IMG/VR virus record: IMGVR_UViG_3300020436_000044 | Location: 1-32,108 of that record | DNA: 32,108 bases | Strand: one strand, 5' to 3' | Source of the DNA: a virus | Taxonomy: Duplodnaviria > Caudoviricetes | Shown: in pieces, positions 11,901 through 18,983 of the stretch | Numbering within the stretch: the stretch's first letter is position 1 | Layout of the letters: each line of letters opens with the position of its first letter | Translations under genes and position numbers: made by a program | Notes under the pieces: generated by a model | Database searches by the model: none | Told to the model about the DNA's origin: nothing | Seen by the model: the letters and a program-made list of their open reading frames with translations, nothing else

Positions 11901-14900
11901 AAATATTTAATATTTCTGATGATGGTATACCAGAAACAGTATCTAATAAAACAGATTTATTTGTAATAAAAAATGGTACTCTTATCAAACCAGATATTCA
12001 TTTAGGTGGTAGTGATTCTAGAGATAATACACAACATATAAGTGCAGTCGGTAATAAAATAACATTTAATGTAGCACCAGCTGCTACTGATAAGATTGGT
12101 ACAATGGTCTTCAATAGACAATTATTACCAGCAAATAAGAGAAATTGGGTTCTTGATAGAAATGAAGAATTTGATGGTACTAGAAAATTATTTACATTAC
12201 AATTAGGAAAAGATGATCATACTAAAAATTGTGTTGATCTAATTGGAGTTCCTACTGCTGAAAGTATAATAGTTGTTAAAAATGATAAGACTCTTGCTCC
12301 AACAACAGATTATACAATAGTTACACCTACAGATCCTAATGATATAAATGATGGTGCTGGATCTTACAGACTTAATTTTGTTGTTGCACCTACATCAACA
12401 GATATTATTCATGTAATGTATACAGCAAATGATGCCAACTTTGAAGATAGAACTGGTGAATTAAGTCAAACTTCTGCAAAAGTATTATCTTACACAAGTG
12501 CGTTGTCTGGAACTGGTTGGATTCCATTCTGTTATGTTGATGGTGATTATATTGATCAAACTGATGTAACACATGATCAGACTGCAAAGACACTTACATT
12601 TACAAACAATACAACATTAGCATCTCAAAAAGTAGAAGTTCACTTTAAGAAAGCGACTTTAAATCCAACAAATGTTTATGGTGATATTACAACTGCTGAA
12701 TTGATAGTTAAACAACGTAATAATAACAATGTAGAAATTGCAACTACAAATAACACATACAATTTACTCTTAAGAAATGGTTCTTCTAATAGTACAATTA
12801 CAGGAACTAAAGTTGTTAATGTTTTACTAAGAAATGGTTCTACACAACTCATAATAGGATCTGATCATTATCGTATACTTACGATGAATTTAAATAATCC
12901 TGCTATGTTTGATGCTGCAGGCGCTACGTTTGTTGCCGCAAATGGTATTGTATTAGCACCAGATGATCATTATGATCATTCTGGATCAGGTACACCAGCA
13001 ACTACTGGAATTGGTGATGGTAAAACATATGCAGCAATACAATTTAAATTCTATGGATATATGAATAAAGGTCTTGGTGCTGAATGGCATCTATCAGATC
13101 CAAGAGGAATGCCTTATCTTGCAAAAATTGATATTCTTACACACGATAAAGATGATGGTGATGGAAGACTTAGAAGAATTAATATGTTAAATCAAAAGAC
13201 TGGATCTTTTGGTGGTAATAATAGAACATCATTTAGATTAGAAGTTGATGGTATTAGATATACAAATTATGTTGCTGATGAAGACATTCTTGTATTTAAA
13301 AACGATATACCTCTAAAACCAAACACAGATTATAATTTATCTGGTATAACTGATACTGCTACTTCTGAAAAAGGTGATATTGTATTTGCTTCTGCTCCTT
13401 CTTCAAGTGATACATTTTACATGGTTGCAATGCAAAGTAATGAACTATTGAGTATTACTATGACAAATAGTACAACTGGTAGTTTGAGTAGACAACTTAC
13501 AGCTGCAGAAAGAGAAGGTTTAATTATAATTGCTGAAAATAAATTACATTTTGGAAATGGTCAAGGATTTGTAATGAATAACAATAATCAAACTATTGTG
13601 TTTGATACTGCTCCTGGCTCTGGTTTACATACACCGTTTGCAATATCTACAAATACTGGTAAAATTGCTGATAAAATTAATACTCCTTTTGATGGTACTG
13701 AACCAGCATTTAATTTATTCTTAGATTCTGAAAACTTTGTACCAGTAGGACAATATGGAAATGATGCTGCTCCTGATGTTAATAGTTTATTTGTAACTAA
13801 AAATGGTTCACTTTTAATTCCAACTACAGATTATACTATTGGTGGGAATATAGGTTCTAAAATTGTATTCAACGTTTCACCATCAGCTGGTGATGATATT
13901 ACAATATCAACTCAAGGTGTCATGAGACCTCTTGATAATATTAGTTCAACTACTGGAAAAGAACATACTCTTAAAATATCAAGTGCAGACTATTATCCAA
14001 ATGCTGTAATTGGTAGACCAAGAGAATTAGAAAATCAAATTGTTGCGATTAAGAATAATAAGTTACTAGATCCAATAAAAGATTATTATGTTCTAAATCA
14101 AAAAATTGTATTTACAGAAGCTTTAATAAACAGTGATGTAATAAGATTATTTGATTGGTATGGTGATCATGATGATTTTGCTGTAAGTTCTTACAATCAA
14201 CAGGTTAAAGTTAATGAAACTATTCAGTTGCCTGGCGAGTCATTGAGAAGAACTGTAACAGCAATTCATTCTCCAACTGCAATCACTGTTAATAGTCCAA
14301 CTGGTATTACGAGTCCATCTGGTCTAAATGCAAGAGCAGATGTAGTTGATGGTAAGTTATCAGCAATTACTGTTGCAAATGGTGGAGTTGGTTATCCACA
14401 AAATACAAAATTCCGTACATATGGTATTGGAGATTCTGCTTCTGCAAATACAATATTGGTTCCTACAAAAGGAAATAGTGTTAAAACTATAACTGGTTCT
14501 GGTACAGATACAGTTACAGATGCTGCATATGTTCCATCTACAGGTATTTTAACATTGACTCTTCCTCATCATGGATTGTCAACAGGTGATAAAATTAAAC
14601 TTGCAGACGAATCATTGACATTTAGATGTTCAATGGATAACTATGCTACAGAACATAAGTATCCTAGAAGTTCTACAATTACACATTCAGTATCTACTGC
14701 AACTTATAATCCTAGTACAGGAACATTGAATGTTACAACAACTAAACCTCATAATTTACAGACAGGTGATAGAATTAAAATTGGTGATAATGCATTAACA
14801 TTTAAATGTGCTTTAGACAGTTATCAAACTTTACACACATATCCAAGAGCAACTGATCCATTTAGAGATAAATGGTTGCCTGTAAGTAATATTACAAATA

Positions 14901-17332
14901 CAACATTTGATGTAAATGTTGGATCATCTACTTTGACATTCTACACACCAAATACTGTAGATTTTGATCCAAATACAGGTGAAATGACAATGAATATTGG
15001 TTCTCATAATATTCAAATAGGTGATCCTATAAGAATTGCAGATGAGAGTCTTACATTTACTTGTACTTTAGATGGAAATGTTTCTGAAAAGACTTATCCA
15101 AGAAGTAGTGCTACATATCATTCAGTAACAGGTGCTAATTATAATCCTACAACAGGTATTATGACTGTTACTATCAATAATCATGGATTTGTAAAGGGTG
15201 AGTATATTAAGTTCTTACCTAATTCTTTACAATTTACATGTTCAACTGATGGAAATACAATTCCTAAATCTTATCCTAGAACTACAGATCCAGCATATGA
15301 TACATGGATACAAATTGACAATATAACTACAAACACATTTGATGTTCAAGTTCTTGATGTTATACCTTCTACAAATACAGCAACACATACATTTGTTGGT
15401 GCGAGTGTAAATGGTATGGCGAAGAAAGTCGATCAAGCATATCAAAGTGCTCTTTCTGTAACTAAAGTAACCACTGACACAATCACCGTAAATGTTCTTG
15501 CAAAAATTCCATCAACAAATCTTAGTGTTCATACATTTGTAAGAACTCAACCTAATTCTATTAGTTCTGGTGGTGGTTATCCACATAGGTTTGTTTCTGC
15601 TGCGTCAGATTGTATTAGTGAGAAGAGAGATTTTGCATCAGAACAATTCTTAGAATCAACTGTAGTTGACGAAGACACACTTACAGTAAATGTTGGTAAA
15701 GTTCTTCCAAATACTCAATATACACCAACAACAGGAACATCATATGATCCTGCTAGTGGTTTGTTAACTTTAAATCTTGGTGCTGACTATAATGAATTGA
15801 AAGTTGGTAAGAGTGTGATTATTTCTGACAATGCGCTTAAATTTAAGTGTGCTATGGATAATAATGATTCTATTAAGTCTTATCCGAGACCAGGCTTAGA
15901 TAAAGCATCTGAAAGATCTCTTAAAATTACTGCAAAATCTGGTAATACTATAACCTTAGATGTTGGTGTTGCTGGTACAAACAAAACATTTACACCTAGT
16001 ATGGCACACTATAATCAGACAACTGGTGATATGGTGATCTTTATTGGACAACATGGATTGCGTAAAAATGCAAATGTAGTTTTAGTTAATAATTCACTCA
16101 CATTCCAGTGTGCTAAAGATAATTATATTAGTTTGCATACTTATCCTCGTGCTGGTACAGACCCATATGCAAACGAAAAATCAATTGAAATTACAGATGT
16201 TGGATCTACTGAACATACAGTAACTTCAGCAACTTATGTTGCTTCAACTGGTATTGTAACAATTAGTGTTTTAGATCCTACTGATAAATTTGCAAATGAT
16301 GATTACATCTTAATTAACGATAATGCTCTTGTATTTACATGTAATTTAGATGGAAATGCAACACAACATCCATATCCTCGTGCTGGATATGATTTACCAA
16401 GTAACAAGTGGTTGAAGATTTCTAGTAAAACACACAATAGTGGTACTAGTACCTTTAACATAAATGTTGGATCATCAACATATACTGGCACTCATACATT
16501 TGTAGGTGCTGCTGTTGATGCATTACAAAGACAAAATGGTGAGATTACGATTAATGTTGGATTTGATTCTGACGCTGGTGATCAGTATGAACATAGATTT
16601 GTAAGTGCTTCTACTGGTGCAGTCAAGTACACACCAAATTCAACTCATACATTCCAGTCTGCTGATGCAAATTCAGTTAAGATGCTTGGTGATGCTACAC
16701 ATAAATTTGTGAGATCAGTCACAGATGGTGTTTCAGTTGAAATTAAAACATTCCAATCAGTCGGTGATACAGTCATAGATTATGTTGGTCATAATCTCAG
16801 TAATACAACATTAGTTCCAACTTATGAATCATATGTTGTAAGAGATCAACAGTTAAATTCTAGTGATGTGAGATTTGGTACTAAACTATCATCTGGTATC
16901 AATACAACAGTAGAAACTATTCCAGTCACAGGTACAGGAATGGCTTCTGAAAGTAATATTGGTATCACAATAACATCTGGAAGTGGATCTAATGCAGTCT
17001 TACAACCATTTGTTGTTGATGGAAAAATTACTAAAGTGGTTGTAGAAACTGCTGGAAGTGGATACAATCCTGACGACATTGTATTGACTGTAACTAACGG
17101 AGGTGGGTCTGGTGCTGTACTGGAACCAGTTCTAAATGGATCAGGTGCATTTACTGGTGTAACTGTTACCAATGAGGGAATTGGGTATGATTCTTATAGA
17201 GCTTTCATAAATAAGGAAGTTATAGAATATACAAATCATACTACAACTAACTTAAAAGGTGTAACTAGGGGAATAGCGGGTAGTACTGCTGCAACTGGTG
17301 CCCAAAATGATAAAGTCTATTTTGACTCGTAA
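2993..17332 (+). CDS. gp7: Giant baseplate wedge initiator gp7 (4779 aa) with many inserted and appended fibre-like modules
   Basis: Lies between gp6 and gp8. N-terminal IENQFPQFVRED..FIKFIKAYYESQE; FYGSKGS...LFRILF near 3575; YYQDWSYSL...HPAGFKFFG near 9800; YHYH-like segment; repeat modules. Confidence 0.88.
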   Translation: MKFLSDHSVDLSHLIENQFPQFVREDNSTFIKFIKAYYESQELKNSPLDIAQNLIEYYNIGFYKKAELIENTQLNGNIASGATTINVDSTVGFPDKGYIQIDDEIVYYGSKTTTSFTDCIRGTSALILTNIPLSQISLKTSLVEDHLDNAVVTNIAYEFTSEFFRRIRSEIAVTIPENLVSELDLASFFSRIRSFYGSKGSLNSHAILFRILFNDKKIKFRTKTRGSGATLKIPNFDGAITGLEITAGGSGYDSRTDGSGLINPPIIEVFGSGTGIDVANPTALLTVTSITSGSIDGVIIVDKGENYVGPITAFVRERDFAEEELVSSVAGNGSGIVESWDFNTGELTLTNIVGFFVNADELQSGSGERARAFVDNFEIISQDPEIEFPKDYLFRPSTSNYGGKKLARLEVIKKLSNISDPSLDVISNNKTVSPSYITFVQEQDSIFGVSNVTIESSQVIKIDAVDKPTYEADIEINDDFNKIYLPASTQLVKPFNVASDTTITVDDASGFPTTKGQVYIDDVIIDYDERTVNQFLGCTIVGAGVGTKPVSTEVVAYGRYRTRKQYARGEFVGIGQERYYGENLYRSINEGTSSSTADPTHILGRVKVGDIEWEYIGSSKVSYFVDVFVGFPEITCTGNEGELTIRVDKVRDIAVGQSVVGSGIGIGAKIRSISGKELTLSIPNTSKVTGGCIFSVAQARLMGLVGDLTIEKTGALFSPQKYFFDDKTYEDFTGTEYTSWNINSDHTLDTDNDFVGISQIYNYKSPKDEHVYVSSSAIPSYIFSGSVNAKNRVLSNIFDGYTNAFTLTGLTNPIEKDLFIFRNAVLQDPTTDFDVVNDVLTFIETPKQGEPVYVRYFTDTNKVTKLTYTQTTQGASNSTLTLNGLGSFNTSNDYLFVSVNGVLQVGNSISYNNTTKVATFTDNVNTLTTKLTPTTVSYNPANGNLTLTILNSNLTVGDKIKIADGGITFTCAKDNNATTHAYPRSTDPVSDQWLEIESISGNDHLVNVGVSSDTSTHTFVSAVTDSITRRPDKVVAYWIKNATVLDSITSTSSKTYTLQNSSSNYTAATTDTVIVAINGVIQKPTTSYTISGSTLTFGEVNSGAAITVIDLEDGSGGADIINVDLGGLAGINQDKDNYKIQKLVKRIPFPASLINNNVLRTSKALSPTKTLKGIGITIDGIQFNSIQGNKVRYGAVKSVTIGSGGNYEVPLDKTTSGSGKFLKSSYPKVTLTKNGGETSDIIITEDIFNMSAGIKKVDINKFLDLTPLSGFTIKPNVEVINNNTTNPSGFRKAVIDVGYKNGTIDGFIVVDSGAGYTEAPTIKITGGGKLPSEDFSIPFFNTSTKDLIVTMEGSVISSKSASPTITLATPVGSKFNANPITTVDSGSNGVVKVFVANGKIVATQVIDKGQNYFTEPSIKIVGVGVNGVLRARLDGSGGINTVDIINAGSGYTVPPVITVINDDTLAVASSLLNEWTFNIPNRFNTKIDEFGGYSFDSSEGVNLKVASFTTSTLVLSEAPTGVVVGMEVTHPEIPIGTFVTKIDTSNKIIYLSKYGLDQVTNIALNGSLVSFFQGDDRFKGTLKAQEVVSTNFPESRLNFQYLQLRNTTKFETFYSISSSAHSKLVGFSYDGHPIYCKYGYSTPLDNTSSIEEQTSSWRLKGNRLNGPLVEDYPLGSFIEDYEYDKTFGTLDEFNGRFCVTPEYPDGAYCYFMVDTFPFVIGPQYFSDPDCYNTGQNRTNDQIPKHFIRVNDTANTYFPQEEKNINRSILFTDYSSVGTIDGIFIESAGDNYKVGDSVVFDEEDTGGSGAIAYVNSVDSPPISNIQIGADGIVEFTFTGNHQISKNDVIDVTYTKQTTNTIINLDTLSTVPTVLSGKNLYSVVLESHKIYRFKFGASRPYNLSFDILNFNPYFQRDIDLEPTYFDIDPTKIPSVIFVHTSQAIFELRVETAPIIGRHIVNEVLSPNTFTVKDTSVTEADTTVIDIAIRSKGASGPIKTLNLVDGGSGYRVLPGVKSITSTSGKGGLLQATSTTIGSINSIKFITYGDKFYGSKTVRNYVDLPVTVKVKSNFEIDTVSVLTSGQNYFLNPFVRVNGLNDAANLQPTFSNGEVVGMEVLDGGSGFSTEPTIQVFSQNGGFGATFSSTLKRKSLTVGDTLSVQNKSTSAKILAVDTRSSTIELLVTTGKFLKDDVLLSSDGKTYGTVVEVNTAKAYAKSNSFGQIKEKFVGSAGFISDSFQKLGDNLYYQDWSYSLSNDRNIIEWKKNVNDNTHPAGFKFFGKNRLHSRKSILGRSQDIVRSAVTFKSSISSLLNADIQVPFEGKCTKSYIYFHNLPSPNPYKVNDIVFGDITGNLGLVIEVGVGYIVVEYQNGEIQIGENVINYLRNVTISSVSETSKALIAVNGILQSPSIAYHVSSNQLLPKFPIFPNDEIVGHYLETPFEIIEGSGVNDVNSINLSQGGVDYTVSNRDHLLVSMNGVIQRNTNLTLINGGKTIKFAGSNLDGLTKVEFVLEHPQLQPLTFTGSAGTAFTLNVTPSSNCKLLVFFEGVDQSHLLTDYTVSGNTITFPSSVNPTEIFGWHINETVTCQKVPLPNLYSNKAAGLDKVCNQANNITLEINSDNVKRANDFYEIQKEQLDGTMFLSGSQVYGFGTKFKTSNPENSTSHVEVINDISNKANNVTSTFDLKINKDQAYTPVDGVNSLQVTVNGTILGKNNRTVTPTTASYVASTGVMTLTVPNHQFATGDFVKIADNAITFTCTMDSNATNHSYPRSTDPFSGEWIAVTKIDANNFSVNVGKSPTKKFTATAASYATGSGQLTLTIGGHALKAGTKVKVATDSLKFNVSGSIITYPSASGGTTYASILSVTGTQIVLDFGVPNNTATHVFLSGSSDLVKNNITTGGDYTHTFVSATVGGIKSATGYTVSGTQITFIKPPLLNDKISIKDFVSTYKANSGTKKGAELDEFNSANGVRKIFNISDDGIPETVSNKTDLFVIKNGTLIKPDIHLGGSDSRDNTQHISAVGNKITFNVAPAATDKIGTMVFNRQLLPANKRNWVLDRNEEFDGTRKLFTLQLGKDDHTKNCVDLIGVPTAESIIVVKNDKTLAPTTDYTIVTPTDPNDINDGAGSYRLNFVVAPTSTDIIHVMYTANDANFEDRTGELSQTSAKVLSYTSALSGTGWIPFCYVDGDYIDQTDVTHDQTAKTLTFTNNTTLASQKVEVHFKKATLNPTNVYGDITTAELIVKQRNNNNVEIATTNNTYNLLLRNGSSNSTITGTKVVNVLLRNGSTQLIIGSDHYRILTMNLNNPAMFDAAGATFVAANGIVLAPDDHYDHSGSGTPATTGIGDGKTYAAIQFKFYGYMNKGLGAEWHLSDPRGMPYLAKIDILTHDKDDGDGRLRRINMLNQKTGSFGGNNRTSFRLEVDGIRYTNYVADEDILVFKNDIPLKPNTDYNLSGITDTATSEKGDIVFASAPSSSDTFYMVAMQSNELLSITMTNSTTGSLSRQLTAAEREGLIIIAENKLHFGNGQGFVMNNNNQTIVFDTAPGSGLHTPFAISTNTGKIADKINTPFDGTEPAFNLFLDSENFVPVGQYGNDAAPDVNSLFVTKNGSLLIPTTDYTIGGNIGSKIVFNVSPSAGDDITISTQGVMRPLDNISSTTGKEHTLKISSADYYPNAVIGRPRELENQIVAIKNNKLLDPIKDYYVLNQKIVFTEALINSDVIRLFDWYGDHDDFAVSSYNQQVKVNETIQLPGESLRRTVTAIHSPTAITVNSPTGITSPSGLNARADVVDGKLSAITVANGGVGYPQNTKFRTYGIGDSASANTILVPTKGNSVKTITGSGTDTVTDAAYVPSTGILTLTLPHHGLSTGDKIKLADESLTFRCSMDNYATEHKYPRSSTITHSVSTATYNPSTGTLNVTTTKPHNLQTGDRIKIGDNALTFKCALDSYQTLHTYPRATDPFRDKWLPVSNITNTTFDVNVGSSTLTFYTPNTVDFDPNTGEMTMNIGSHNIQIGDPIRIADESLTFTCTLDGNVSEKTYPRSSATYHSVTGANYNPTTGIMTVTINNHGFVKGEYIKFLPNSLQFTCSTDGNTIPKSYPRTTDPAYDTWIQIDNITTNTFDVQVLDVIPSTNTATHTFVGASVNGMAKKVDQAYQSALSVTKVTTDTITVNVLAKIPSTNLSVHTFVRTQPNSISSGGGYPHRFVSAASDCISEKRDFASEQFLESTVVDEDTLTVNVGKVLPNTQYTPTTGTSYDPASGLLTLNLGADYNELKVGKSVIISDNALKFKCAMDNNDSIKSYPRPGLDKASERSLKITAKSGNTITLDVGVAGTNKTFTPSMAHYNQTTGDMVIFIGQHGLRKNANVVLVNNSLTFQCAKDNYISLHTYPRAGTDPYANEKSIEITDVGSTEHTVTSATYVASTGIVTISVLDPTDKFANDDYILINDNALVFTCNLDGNATQHPYPRAGYDLPSNKWLKISSKTHNSGTSTFNINVGSSTYTGTHTFVGAAVDALQRQNGEITINVGFDSDAGDQYEHRFVSASTGAVKYTPNSTHTFQSADANSVKMLGDATHKFVRSVTDGVSVEIKTFQSVGDTVIDYVGHNLSNTTLVPTYESYVVRDQQLNSSDVRFGTKLSSGINTTVETIPVTGTGMASESNIGITITSGSGSNAVLQPFVVDGKITKVVVETAGSGYNPDDIVLTVTNGGGSGAVLEPVLNGSGAFTGVTVTNEGIGYDSYRAFINKEVIEYTNHTTTNLKGVTRGIAGSTAATGAQNDKVYFDS
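5774..6082 (+). repeat. Uninterrupted copy of the ~100-aa Y-x-P-x-x-G / TFxC / YPR / VNVG / HTF module in gp7
   Basis: YNPANGNLTLT...GDKIKIADGGITFTCAKDNNATTHAYPRSTDPVSDQW...VNVG...HTFVSA. Confidence 0.85.
11129..11740 (+). repeat. Two nested copies of the same gp7 module
   Basis: Outer copy has YPR at 11291 and HTF at 11699. A degenerate inner copy (about 11381-11680, closing HVF at 11633) is inserted after VNVGKS. Confidence 0.75.
14504..16738 (+). repeat. Seven nested copies of the gp7 Cys/YPR/His module
   Basis: YPR at 14660, 14840, 15095, 15272, 15881, 16142, 16373; closing H-[TRK]-F strands at 15386, 15530, 15584, 16493, 16592, 16646, 16700. Confidence 0.85.
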
Positions 17333-17338
17333 ATACAG

Positions 17339-17346
17339 TATAAATA
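17339..17346 (+). promoter_or_regulatory. T4-type late promoter (gp55-dependent -10 box)
   Basis: Exact TATAAATA in the gp7-gp8 intergenic gap, about 32 nt upstream of the gp8 ATG. Confidence 0.8.
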
Positions 17347-17378
17347 AAGATAAAGTAAAAAAACATCGGAACAGATAA

Positions 17379-18947
17379 ATGCCATCACTAGTTTCTGACA
17401 ATTTCAGAGTATTTGCTGCAGAGCAGTTTATGGAGGCCCTTGAGGAACCTCTAGATTCTTCTGGCAACCCTCTTTCCGACTCTTCCACGGAGGCGTTAAG
17501 AGACAGAAGTAAAGTTTATATTTTTATTGGTCGTTCACAAACTTGGAACTCTGAGAGATATTCAGGCTTAGGTTTTAACGATATTGATACTATCCCTTCA
17601 CCAACAGACTCCTTTGATGAATTGAGTGAGATTTATGATGATATGATCGCTATGAAGAGAGTTACTCGTAGTGATGTTAATCAAGTTGTAAGAAAAAGAA
17701 CTTGGAAGACTAATACTCGTTATGATATGTACAAACATAACTATTCTACTGGGTATCAGTCAGCAACTGGAGCTAATAAATTATATGATTCACAGTTCTA
17801 TGTAATGAACAGTAATTATGATGTTTATAAGTGTATTTACAATGGTGAAACTCCTGCTAATCCAAATGGAGTTATTTCTACAGTAGAACCAACAGGAACA
17901 GCAACTACCATCTTTACTACATCAGATACTTACAGATGGAAGTACATGTATACATTGGGTATTAATGATTTTGTTAAGTTTGTTTCTAGTGATTTTCTAC
18001 CACTTAAAACAGATTCTAACGTTGTTAGTGCCGCTGTATCGGGAGCAATTGATCAAGCATTAGTAAGAAATGTTGGAACTGGTCTAACACCAGGCACATA
18101 TTTCTGTCCTGTTATAGGTGATGGTAGTACACTTGCAGTTGTTACATTTACAGTATCAAGCACTGCTCCAATTGCAAACCAAATTGATCCTAGTACAGTA
18201 TCAATGTCTGTTGTTGGTGCTGGATATACTTATGGTACAATTGATCTTGCAGAATGCTATTCAACTTTAGCTGCTGCACAAGCAAGAACTGCTTCACCAA
18301 CTGATCTTTCTGCTGGTTCACCTAGTATAGATGCTATTATCTCACCACCTGACGGACATGGTTCTAATGTTGTGAGAGAACTTGGTGGTTACAGAGTAAT
18401 GGTCAATAAAGCTGTTGAGTTCTTAGATGGTGCTGGTGACGTACCAACTGATATGCAATTTAGAAGATTTGGTCTTATTTCTGATCCACAAACTCCAGGC
18501 AACTCTGATTTAACATCAAGTACTGCAGCTGTATCTAAAGCAATCAAATTTCCTAGTGGATCATCTGTTAACTTTAGTATAGGGGAAGTAATTAGCCAAG
18601 CAACTACTGGAGCAAAAGGTAAGGTAATTCATTGGGATTCTGTTAACAAAATTCTTAGATATTTCCAAAACGAATATACTGCTGTTTCTCAAACAGGAAA
18701 TAACCAATACAAGTTGGTAGAGTTTAGTGGTGCAAATGCGATTACTGGAGCATCATCCAATACTTCGTTAACTCCTGATACATCCAGTAATGGTACTACA
18801 ACCGTTGCTGGTAGATCATTTACCACTGGTTATTCTGCTTCTGAGGTTAAAAAATTTAGTGGATCTATTCTGTATATTGAAAACAGAAAAACGATCATTA
18901 GATCTGATGACCAAATTGAAGACATTAAACTCGTTATTGAGTTCTGA
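17379..18947 (+). CDS. gp8: Baseplate wedge subunit gp8
   Basis: YIFIG..W; DDMIAMKRV; W..NTRYDMY; FYVMNSNYDVYKCIYN; DTYRWKYMY; IISPPDGHG; FRRFGLISDP; C-terminal SGSILYIENRKTIIRSDDQIEDIKLVIEF. Confidence 0.93.
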   Translation: MPSLVSDNFRVFAAEQFMEALEEPLDSSGNPLSDSSTEALRDRSKVYIFIGRSQTWNSERYSGLGFNDIDTIPSPTDSFDELSEIYDDMIAMKRVTRSDVNQVVRKRTWKTNTRYDMYKHNYSTGYQSATGANKLYDSQFYVMNSNYDVYKCIYNGETPANPNGVISTVEPTGTATTIFTTSDTYRWKYMYTLGINDFVKFVSSDFLPLKTDSNVVSAAVSGAIDQALVRNVGTGLTPGTYFCPVIGDGSTLAVVTFTVSSTAPIANQIDPSTVSMSVVGAGYTYGTIDLAECYSTLAAAQARTASPTDLSAGSPSIDAIISPPDGHGSNVVRELGGYRVMVNKAVEFLDGAGDVPTDMQFRRFGLISDPQTPGNSDLTSSTAAVSKAIKFPSGSSVNFSIGEVISQATTGAKGKVIHWDSVNKILRYFQNEYTAVSQTGNNQYKLVEFSGANAITGASSNTSLTPDTSSNGTTTVAGRSFTTGYSASEVKKFSGSILYIENRKTIIRSDDQIEDIKLVIEF

Positions 18948-18954
18948 TTATACT

Positions 18955-18962
18955 AATAAATA
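18955..18962 (+). promoter_or_regulatory. Probable late promoter
   Basis: AATAAATA (one mismatch to TATAAATA) in the gap upstream of the 18984 start. Confidence 0.6.
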
Positions 18963-18983
18963 CTAAAAAGAAGTCCTTCGACA

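Noticed and set aside
14504-16738. Inteins or assembly artefact as the cause of the nested modules
   Set aside because: No intein C/S start, HN-C/S/T end or LAGLIDADG motifs. The copies are highly diverged at the DNA level and the frame is continuous, which is unlike collapsed repeats.
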